From the NCBI GenBank assembly GCA_030599585.1, contig JAUVNS010000007.1, positions 32,001-96,000 on the forward strand: 64,000 nucleotides of DNA. The letters run 5' to 3'. The DNA comes from Promethearchaeota archaeon (lineage in GTDB: Archaea; Asgardarchaeota; Lokiarchaeia; Sigyniarchaeales; SOKP01). A model generated the notes under the pieces. It ran no database searches. It was given only the letters and a program-made list of their open reading frames with translations, and was not told where the DNA came from. Both the position numbers and the translations under genes were made by a program. The stretch's first letter is position 1; every line of letters begins with the position of its first letter. This document shows positions 47,227 to 55,625 of this stretch, piece after piece.

Positions 47227-49149
47227 CTATTTACCCCCGGCTGGTTTTAACTTACCAATTACAAAATCCAACCCCAAACTCTTTAGAGTTGCATCCGTAG
47301 GAATTCCCGTTTTCGTGTCCCAACCTCGAGCTTCGTAGTATCCGCTTAGAAGTTTTTGATATCCTTCTTCTTTTAAAACGACCCCTTTAGCAGGACCCTT
47401 TGTGTGTGCTTCTTTAAAGAACCTTTCTGGGGGATGATCGTCTGCTCTGGTCCACCCTTCTCGAATATTGAAACATTTTGAAAGGTTTAAGATAGAAGCT
47501 CCTCTTTTATTAATCGATTCTTCAGTGTGTGGAATACCAGTTACTAACTCATAGACTTTTGCCAACTCTGCATCGTTTTCATAAATTCCACGAGTGAACT
47601 TACAAATTATATACGAATCGATAATACAATAGATGTCTTCAAGTCCTATGATTGCTTTACCGCGTTCAAGTGGTTTGTCGTATCCGAATCTATCGAATTT
47701 ACCTTTAGCGTCAAGTCCATAAGCACCATTCCTCAAATGGCAAGCGCCTCTAATAGATACGCTTTCGCCTACAGCAAAACTTGTCATTCCGTGAAGATCA
47801 AAAGCAGGCATTTCTAATCCTTTAATATGCATTCCATAATAGCCAGCGTTCTTTATTCCCTTTTCTTCTAACCTAATACCCGCTTGTTTACAGCCATCTC
47901 CAAAGATTTCATTAGCAAAACCTTTACCAAGAATCATTTCTTCTGTAAATCGTGCTAGATTAGTAGTAGAACCAAATGGGAGTTCGAAACCAAGGTCTTT
48001 TTTCGTTATAAGTCCTAGATCGTATAATTCGCAAGCCATACTGGCTGTTACACCGCCACTAATGGCGTCAATTCCTAGATCATCGCATAAAGCAACGCAT
48101 TTGAAAATTGTTGGCCAGTCAGCGCATCCAGTGTTAGTACCAAATGAATAACACATTTCTACATCAATTGAAGCGACTAAGTTTGGATATTCAGGGTGAG
48201 TTTTAGGTACTCTAGCGAGGTGATCGCAAGCGATTGAGCATTGAGAGCAAGCAACTTTTTTAACAATCCAGTCTTCGTTTAATTTATCACCAGTAAAGGC
48301 TCCTTTATCAATTTCTTCCCATGTGCCTTCGCGATAATTCATGGTAGGCATCATTCCGAGTTTATTGTAACTAGTTATTCCTGCAGGAGTGCCTAAATCA
48401 CGATATTTGGCGGTTGCAGGGCCATTCGCAATTTTAATTAATTTCTTTGCTATCTTGTAAAATTCCTGAGGATAAGCAACTTTAAGGCCTTTCGTGCCCC
48501 GAAAAGCTATTGCTTTCAGATTTTTACTGCCCATCACAGCTCCCATACCAGTTCGACCAGCTTGTCTATTCCTATCGTTCGTAATACATGCTAATTTGCT
48601 TAATCTTTCTCCTGCCTGTCCGATTGACATAACTGCTAATCTCTGATCTTGGAATTCTTCTCTGAGAATTTCTTCCGTTTCAAAATTTCCTTTTCCCCAA
48701 ACCGTTTTTTCACATGGCTCTAGGTAGTAATCGTCATCATCTACAACCAGGTATACGGGTTCAGAAGCTTTTCCTTTGATCACGATCGCATTGACTCCAG
48801 CGCGTCGTGCTTGTGCACCAACAGAACCTGAGGAAATAGCCATACCAAACATACCTGTTAACGGTGATTTAGCAAATACGCCGTATTTTGAACTAGTAGG
48901 TAGTATTGTAGTTGGAAAAGGGCCTATAGACCAGACAAATATGTTTTCTGGACCTAATGGGTCTATACCTGGTTTTAATTCGTCCCAGAGGATTTTTGCT
49001 CCAAATCCATAACCACCAATCCAATCTCGGCAGAATTCTCCAGATAAAGTAGATTTACCAATTTTTCCACTGGTTAAGTCGACATCGAGTCTCACTTGAG
49101 AGTATCCTTTGACATCGTCGGGCAAAGTTATTTCTTTAGATTTACTCAT
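47227..49149 (-). CDS. aor: Tungsten-containing aldehyde:ferredoxin oxidoreductase family protein
   Basis: IGGYGFG, AKSPLTG, SIGQAGE, AGRTGMGAVMGSKNLKAI, CSQCSIAC, DDLGIDAIS, RGACH, YYEARGW. Confidence 0.92.
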   Translation of the reverse strand: MSKSKEITLPDDVKGYSQVRLDVDLTSGKIGKSTLSGEFCRDWIGGYGFGAKILWDELKPGIDPLGPENIFVWSIGPFPTTILPTSSKYGVFAKSPLTGMFGMAISSGSVGAQARRAGVNAIVIKGKASEPVYLVVDDDDYYLEPCEKTVWGKGNFETEEILREEFQDQRLAVMSIGQAGERLSKLACITNDRNRQAGRTGMGAVMGSKNLKAIAFRGTKGLKVAYPQEFYKIAKKLIKIANGPATAKYRDLGTPAGITSYNKLGMMPTMNYREGTWEEIDKGAFTGDKLNEDWIVKKVACSQCSIACDHLARVPKTHPEYPNLVASIDVEMCYSFGTNTGCADWPTIFKCVALCDDLGIDAISGGVTASMACELYDLGLITKKDLGFELPFGSTTNLARFTEEMILGKGFANEIFGDGCKQAGIRLEEKGIKNAGYYGMHIKGLEMPAFDLHGMTSFAVGESVSIRGACHLRNGAYGLDAKGKFDRFGYDKPLERGKAIIGLEDIYCIIDSYIICKFTRGIYENDAELAKVYELVTGIPHTEESINKRGASILNLSKCFNIREGWTRADDHPPERFFKEAHTKGPAKGVVLKEEGYQKLLSGYYEARGWDTKTGIPTDATLKSLGLDFVIGKLKPAGGK

Positions 49150-49224
49150 GTTTTTCACTAATTTTAATTTTTGATATTTTTAGTATAGAGAATTAATACT
49201 TAATATAAAAAATTACCATTTATT

Positions 49225-49250
49225 AGGTTATTTGTTAAATTAAACAACCT
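49225..49250. promoter_or_regulatory. Imperfect palindrome upstream of aor
   Basis: AGGTTATTT-N8-AAACAACCT (8/9 arm match). Confidence 0.3.
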
Positions 49251-49364
49251 CTACTCTGACTGAAATTCTAATTATTAATTCTTCCAAGATAGTGTTAAGA
49301 TGAAATTTACTAAAAATTGATTATTTTATTGGTGAAATTAGAAAAAAAAAGCATTGACTACTAG

Positions 49365-50417
49365 TTAAAGATCGCCACCACTGACAATACTCCAGCTATT
49401 ACCGTTATATGCGTATGTCCACGTATCTCCAAGGGTGTTCCCTGGGAATCGAAACCCTCCAAATAAGATGGTTTTTTGATTATCAGAGTCATAAACCATA
49501 GAGAAATCCATTCTGTTGGAAGGATGACTTAAAGGTAGAACCTCTGTCCATTGATTGTTCGAGGGATCTAATATCCAAGTGTCTTCTATTGCTTCTCCTG
49601 GAGCTCCCGTGCGCCTTCCTCCAAAAACTATTACTTTATGATTCTGAGAATCATACGTCATTCCATGCCAATAGCGGGTGCCTGGGCTACCAGTAGTATT
49701 CAATTCGGTCCACGTATTATTTCCATAATAATAAATCCAAGTATCATCCAGTATAGATGTTGAACGACCTCCAAAGAGAATTGCTCTTTGATTTATGGGA
49801 TCGTAAACCATATTAGATCCGTATCTACCAGAAGGACTACTTAATGGATTTAATTCCGTCCATGTATTGTTGGAATAATTGTATTCCCAAGTGTCGTTAT
49901 AATGGGGTAATGAATCTTTATAACCTCCAAATAAAATAACTCTCTGAAAAATTGGATCGTAATACATAGCACAGCTCTGTCTAATCTCTGGCGCAGTATT
50001 TGGAAAAACTTCGGTCCATTGATTAGTTTGAGAGTCGTAAATCCAAATATCGTTCGTTAATCCTACATTTCCGCTCCAACCCCCAAATAAAATGGTTTTA
50101 TGGTTAATTGAATCATATACCATCGAATGACCCGATCTGGCCGAAGGTTTATTAGTTAAAATAATCTCATTCCACATGTTATCTATAGAATGGTAAACCC
50201 ACATGTCATCACGAACTTCCCAATCAGTTCCATCTTGAGTTCCTCCTCCAAAAATTATCGTTTTCTGCAGTTGAGGATCATATACTGCTCCAGGACCATA
50301 CCTACCTACGGGAGTTTGGCTTTCGATGAAAGTAACTAATAGATAAATTCCTACCAATCCCGAAGAAATAACGATTACTCCCAACACCATGGAAATGTAC
50401 TTAGTTTTCTTTTTCAT
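49365..50417 (-). CDS. Kelch-repeat beta-propeller with N-terminal TM anchor, paralog 1
   Basis: Six P.AR.G..MVYD......ILFGG...DTW.Y....W repeats. Confidence 0.9.
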   Translation of the reverse strand: MKKKTKYISMVLGVIVISSGLVGIYLLVTFIESQTPVGRYGPGAVYDPQLQKTIIFGGGTQDGTDWEVRDDMWVYHSIDNMWNEIILTNKPSARSGHSMVYDSINHKTILFGGWSGNVGLTNDIWIYDSQTNQWTEVFPNTAPEIRQSCAMYYDPIFQRVILFGGYKDSLPHYNDTWEYNYSNNTWTELNPLSSPSGRYGSNMVYDPINQRAILFGGRSTSILDDTWIYYYGNNTWTELNTTGSPGTRYWHGMTYDSQNHKVIVFGGRRTGAPGEAIEDTWILDPSNNQWTEVLPLSHPSNRMDFSMVYDSDNQKTILFGGFRFPGNTLGDTWTYAYNGNSWSIVSGGDL

Positions 50418-50594
50418 GAGAAAATACTCTGGTCATTGTATTAAATTAGCTTCCCTAACTATTCTAATAAATTGATTTTACGTAAACTTATATATATTTC
50501 TATTCGAAATACCTTTAATGGAAACCATTAAAATTCTTTTTAACAAACAGTGAATTCTCTATTTATTAAGAAATAAAAGGAGATTCGACTTCTA

Positions 50595-51644
50595 CTAAGG
50601 ATCGTTGCCTTTCACGATATTCCAGCTATTACTGCCATGATTAAATACCCAAGTATCTCCAAGATTATTATCAGTGCCCCTTATTCCTCCAAAAAGGAAA
50701 GTTATTTGAATATTAGAGTCGTAAACCATTGTAAAAAATAATCTATTGGAAGGGGAAGTTTCAGGTAAGACCTCAGTCCATTGGTTGTTGGATGGATCAA
50801 ATATCCACGTATCTTCCAATGCTCCCGCATGGCTTCCCCCGAAGACAACTATTTTGTTGTTATTAGGATCGTACACCATGCCATGCCAGTAACGGGTATC
50901 AGGTTTACTTGTAATAAATATCTCCGACCAGGAGTTATTACCATAATAGTAAACCCAAGTGTCATCCATTGTTGTTGTTGAGCGACCTCCAAAGAGAAAA
51001 CCTCTATTGTTTTTAATTTCGTATACAATTTTTGATCCATACCTAACAGGTGGGCTATTTGAAGGGTTGAGGCTAACCCAGGAATTATTGGAATAAATAT
51101 ATTCCCATGTATCTCTAAAATAACTACTAAAACTTCTGAAACCTCCAAATAATATAACTTTCTGTGCGTTAGAATCGTAATACATCGAATGGTCTTGTCT
51201 ATTAGTGGGATGATTCAAGGGAAAAAATTCTGTCCACTGGTTTGTTTGGGAGTCGTAGATCCAGGTATCGCTCGCCAAGCCTACATTTTCTACCCAACCC
51301 CCAAATAAAATTGTTTTATGGTTAATTAAGTCATATACCATCGAGTGACCCGATCTCGCCGAAGGTTTCACAGTTGGATTAATTTCAGTCCATATGTTAA
51401 ATGTTGGATCGTAAAGCCACATGTCATTAAATACTTCAGAACCACTTGTATCTTGATATCCTCCCCCAAAAAGTATCATTTTTTGTAGAACGGGATCGTA
51501 AACCATCGCAGAACCGTACCTCGCTGAAGGAGAAGCATTTTGAATAACAGCAAAAAAAAATAGAGTTCCAATTGTTCCGGAGGAAATTATAATTCCTACT
51601 AAACTTAAAATTAAAATTTTAATTCTTCTCTTCATGAAATCCAC
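50595..51644 (-). CDS. Kelch-repeat beta-propeller with N-terminal TM anchor, paralog 2
   Basis: Same repeat pattern; shares PSARSGHSMVYD.INHKTILFGGW with paralog 1. Confidence 0.9.
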   Translation of the reverse strand: MDFMKRRIKILILSLVGIIISSGTIGTLFFFAVIQNASPSARYGSAMVYDPVLQKMILFGGGYQDTSGSEVFNDMWLYDPTFNIWTEINPTVKPSARSGHSMVYDLINHKTILFGGWVENVGLASDTWIYDSQTNQWTEFFPLNHPTNRQDHSMYYDSNAQKVILFGGFRSFSSYFRDTWEYIYSNNSWVSLNPSNSPPVRYGSKIVYEIKNNRGFLFGGRSTTTMDDTWVYYYGNNSWSEIFITSKPDTRYWHGMVYDPNNNKIVVFGGSHAGALEDTWIFDPSNNQWTEVLPETSPSNRLFFTMVYDSNIQITFLFGGIRGTDNNLGDTWVFNHGSNSWNIVKGNDP

Positions 51645-51807
51645 TCTAAATAAATTTCCGGTATGCCTTCTTTAATCTTTCTGATTTATTGATATCATGT
51701 CAACTTATATAATTTTCCAATCAAATGCTTTTTAACAATAATAATAGCATATTTAAAGTGGTTTAAATTATATTTAACAACAGAATAAAGACTTTAATGT
51801 TGTTATT

Positions 51808-54570
51808 ATGACTGAAACTACGGATACAACACAAAATGAGAAAGCCGAGAAGATACTCTCAAGCGATATCATAAAAAATGTTATTGCAAATGCAAACTAT
51901 TGTTATAATTGCAATCGTTGCGTAAATGTATGTCCAGTATCTTATTTAGACCTATTTTATCCAAGAAATTTGATTACAGATTTAACTTTCTTATCGCCTG
52001 AAGAAGCACTAAAGAATAATAATATTTGGGATTGCCTCACATGTGGATTGTGCACCGAATATTGCCCAATGACTAAAGGTAAGACTGGTGTTAACTTCAC
52101 TGAGATTATAAAGGAACTTCGAACATTGACTTCGGAATACGAGCCTTTACAAGAGACTCTGCGAAGTTGTAATCACGATAGGGTTTATTCCAGTATACCA
52201 AAATTAATGGCAGATGATAAGATAAAATTCACCAATAAGCTTGGATTCTTAGAAGGAACCGGATTGAAAACAAAAAGCGAAGGGGAACTCGCTTACTTTA
52301 TGGGTTGTGTACCGTTTTTAACTGGGACGGCACCTTGCGTTGTAGGATGTCCAGCTGGAGTAGATGTTCAAGGATACGTTTCCTTAATCTCTGAAGGAAA
52401 ATTTCAAGAATCCATAGATTTAATAAGAGAAATGAACCCTTTACCTTATTTGTGTGGAAGAATTTGCACTGCTCAGTGTGCTTTGAACTGTAATCGTCAA
52501 CATCACGATGATCCCGTGGCAATTCGAGAGTTAAAACGATTTGTATCTGATTATGAAGCTGCGCATCCAAACAATAGTAAAATACAGCCCGTTAAACAAA
52601 CTAAAGAAAAAGTAGCAATTATCGGGGCTGGACCAGGAGGATTATCTGCAGCTTACTACCTTGCGCGAATGGGATACAAACCTACAATCTATGAAAAAGG
52701 TGATAAAACGGGTGGAGTCGTAAGATATGGTGTTCCTCAATATAGGCTATCTGATGAGGCGTTAGACCACGATGTAGATTTCATAAAAAGTATGGGAGTT
52801 GAAATTGTACTGAACAAGGAGTTTGGAGCTAATTTCACCCTTGAAGATCTTAAGAAGGAAGGATTTAAAGCAGTGTTTATTGCGGTAGGTCTGTATGTAC
52901 CAAAAACTTTGCGACTGGAAGGTGAGGATTTACCTAATGTTCATGTTGCTATAGATTTTCTCTTGGATCGGAAATATGGTTGCGCAGAAGACCCTGAAGA
53001 ATTTAAAGGTAAAACTTTTGGCATAATCGGGGGAGGAGCAGTCGCCGTTGATGTAGGAGAAACCGCTGTGAGATTAGGTGCTACGAAAGCTGATTTCGTA
53101 GATATATTAACTGAGGAAGCGCTTAAAAATGTGCTTAAAGATTTGCACGAGGCCGAGAGAGAAGTAATGGAATATCATTTTACTACTTCGACAAAAAACA
53201 TAACTCAAGAACCTAATGGAAAGTTAGCCTTAAATTGTTATAAAATTGAATGGGGAGAACCCGATCCTGAAACGGGAAGACGCCCCCTGAATAAAGTGGA
53301 AGAGTCTGATTTTAAGATCGTTGTAGATCATGTCGTTACTGCTATCGGGCAAGGACTTGATGTTGTCCCCATTAATGCTGCAACTGAAAGCAAGTTAAAA
53401 ATTGATCGAGGCAGAATTATAGTTGATCAAGTAACTTTTGAAACTAGCATTCCCGGCGTTTTTGCAGGTGGAGATATCATTAATGATTCACTTATGTGTG
53501 CCGTTGATGCTATAGGAAATGGTAGAGAAGCTGCGTACTCAATCGATCGCATCTTCCGTGGAATTGATTTAAAAGAGAGTAGGATTAGAATGAAAGAATT
53601 AAAACGTTCTACTATCCCTAAAAAATACATTCAGGTAAATTCTTGTCAAGAAATGAATTTTATGCCTGGAGAAGAAAGATTGGTATGTTTTGATGAAATG
53701 GAGTTAGGATATACCGAAGAACAAGCAATTAAAGAGGCAAATCGTTGCTTAAATTGTAATTGTTGTAGTAATAGCGATCAAATCCCTGAAGATTATGACG
53801 CAGCTTTAGATTCCTCAGGAATAATGATTGCAAACTATGGAAACCAAGCTAACATGCCTTCTTATAACTCTCCAGATTATTTAACTATCCCTAAGAGCGT
53901 AATCGGAATCCTAAATCAAAACAATATTGTACCAGTTGTTTTGCCCGAAGAAAAATGTTGTGGTCACGACATTGTTTGGCAAGGCGATATGGAATCCTTT
54001 GAGAAATTAGCGAAGTATAATGTCAAGTTGTTTAAAGACGCTGGTGTAAAAACAATTGTATTCAGCTGCCCTGAAGGGTATTACACTTGGAAAGATGAGT
54101 ATAAAAAACTGTTTAAAAAAAGCGAAGATTTCGATTTTGAGATTTATCACATTTCAGAATACATCTTGAAAGAAAATCTTCTAGAAGATATATCTTTTCC
54201 AAACCTGGGAGAGGTTAAAGTTACTTATCATGATCCGTGTAGACTCGGTAGAATGAGTAATGTTTACGACGCCCCTCGTGAAGTTTTGAACAAAATACCG
54301 GGCATACAACTACTCGAGATGGAAAATAATAGAGTAGATGCTGATTGTTGCGGTGTGTCAGCCTATATTTCATGCAATCAAAATTCCAAACTACTACAAG
54401 CGTCAAGAATAAAACAAGCAATTGAAACTGGTGCGGATTATTTAATTACCACCTGTCCGAAGTGTTTAACGCATTTTAACTGCTATTTGAATGAAAATAA
54501 GGAACTTAAAAACAAAATAAAGGTAACGGATTTACTAAGCTTTATTGGTAAAATGCTTTTTATGCAGTAA
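51808..54570 (+). CDS. HdrD/GlpC-like protein (2x[4Fe-4S] + CCG domains) with an inserted GltD/NfnB-like FAD/NAD(P) module
   Basis: CYNCNRCVNVCP, CLTCGLCTEYCP, YFMGC | PCVVGCP, CGRIC, GAGPGG, YGVPQYRL, FAGGD, RCLNC | CCGH, YHDPCRLGR, CCGV, TCPKC. Confidence 0.88.
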   Translation: MTETTDTTQNEKAEKILSSDIIKNVIANANYCYNCNRCVNVCPVSYLDLFYPRNLITDLTFLSPEEALKNNNIWDCLTCGLCTEYCPMTKGKTGVNFTEIIKELRTLTSEYEPLQETLRSCNHDRVYSSIPKLMADDKIKFTNKLGFLEGTGLKTKSEGELAYFMGCVPFLTGTAPCVVGCPAGVDVQGYVSLISEGKFQESIDLIREMNPLPYLCGRICTAQCALNCNRQHHDDPVAIRELKRFVSDYEAAHPNNSKIQPVKQTKEKVAIIGAGPGGLSAAYYLARMGYKPTIYEKGDKTGGVVRYGVPQYRLSDEALDHDVDFIKSMGVEIVLNKEFGANFTLEDLKKEGFKAVFIAVGLYVPKTLRLEGEDLPNVHVAIDFLLDRKYGCAEDPEEFKGKTFGIIGGGAVAVDVGETAVRLGATKADFVDILTEEALKNVLKDLHEAEREVMEYHFTTSTKNITQEPNGKLALNCYKIEWGEPDPETGRRPLNKVEESDFKIVVDHVVTAIGQGLDVVPINAATESKLKIDRGRIIVDQVTFETSIPGVFAGGDIINDSLMCAVDAIGNGREAAYSIDRIFRGIDLKESRIRMKELKRSTIPKKYIQVNSCQEMNFMPGEERLVCFDEMELGYTEEQAIKEANRCLNCNCCSNSDQIPEDYDAALDSSGIMIANYGNQANMPSYNSPDYLTIPKSVIGILNQNNIVPVVLPEEKCCGHDIVWQGDMESFEKLAKYNVKLFKDAGVKTIVFSCPEGYYTWKDEYKKLFKKSEDFDFEIYHISEYILKENLLEDISFPNLGEVKVTYHDPCRLGRMSNVYDAPREVLNKIPGIQLLEMENNRVDADCCGVSAYISCNQNSKLLQASRIKQAIETGADYLITTCPKCLTHFNCYLNENKELKNKIKVTDLLSFIGKMLFMQ

Positions 54571-54713
54571 GTATTTACCAGTCATTATTCTCTATTTCTT
54601 TTCTAAACCCATTCTTTTCCCCTCAATTATAACAACCTTAATTAATTCTTGAACTTTAAATCAAATTGAAATAAGGTAACAATATCTTAATTAAATAGGT
54701 GTCTTGATAAACA

Positions 54714-55625
54714 TTGCCGTATGAGATTTTAGAGAAAAAAGAACTAGGAAGTAGCAAAACTATTTATGAAATGGTATTACGCACTCCATTAATTGCTAAG
54801 AAAGCTCACGCCGGAAATTTTGTTCTAATAAGAATTAATGAAACTGGAGAAAGGATTCCATTGACTATTGCCGATTACGATAGAGAGAAAGGGACTATAA
54901 CATTAGTAATTCAGGTGGTGGGTAAGAGTACTAAGTTACTCTGCAATCAAAATGTTGGAGATCAAATACTTGATGTCGTAGGGCCTTTAGGAAACGAAAT
55001 ACATGTGAAAAAGTATGATAATCCTATAGTAATTATTGGGGGTGGAATCGGTATAGCTCCTTGTTTTCCTCAAGCAAAAGAGCTCAGAGACGCAGGAAAT
55101 GAAATTATATCCATTTTAGGAGCCAGAAATAAAAGTCTTCTTATTTGGAAAGAAAAAATGAAAACTGTGAGCGATGAATTAATTGTCACTACTGACGACG
55201 GAAGCGAGGGAATAAAGGGAGTTGTTACAGATCCGCTTAAACAAATTATGCAAAAGAGGAAAATAAGTCTTGTAATCGCTATCGGACCTTTAATTATGAT
55301 GAAGTATGTTGTTCTTACTACTAACGGGTCTGGAGGTTTGCCTAAAGTAAAAACCTTTGTTTCTTTAAACACAATCATGGTTGACGGGACTGGTATGTGC
55401 GGGTGTTGTCGGTTTTCTACGCTCGAAGGTGATATTCAGTTTGCATGTGTAGACGGCCCAGATGTCGATGGACATATCGTTGATTTTGATAACTTATTAA
55501 AGCGCGCTGATAGATTTCTTGAACAAGAGAGAGAGTCTTTGGAATGCTACGACGAAGAATGCAGAGCATTAGAACAACAAAAAAAGGAGGTTGTGAAGAA
55601 TGGAGATAAAAAGATCTACAGTTAG
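54714..55625 (+). CDS. nfnA: NfnA/SudB small subunit (FAD, NAD, [2Fe-2S])
   Basis: GERIPLTIAD, VVGPLG, GGGIGIAP, TDDGSEG, MVDGTGMCGCCR, ACVDGP. Confidence 0.9.
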   Translation: MPYEILEKKELGSSKTIYEMVLRTPLIAKKAHAGNFVLIRINETGERIPLTIADYDREKGTITLVIQVVGKSTKLLCNQNVGDQILDVVGPLGNEIHVKKYDNPIVIIGGGIGIAPCFPQAKELRDAGNEIISILGARNKSLLIWKEKMKTVSDELIVTTDDGSEGIKGVVTDPLKQIMQKRKISLVIAIGPLIMMKYVVLTTNGSGGLPKVKTFVSLNTIMVDGTGMCGCCRFSTLEGDIQFACVDGPDVDGHIVDFDNLLKRADRFLEQERESLECYDEECRALEQQKKEVVKNGDKKIYS

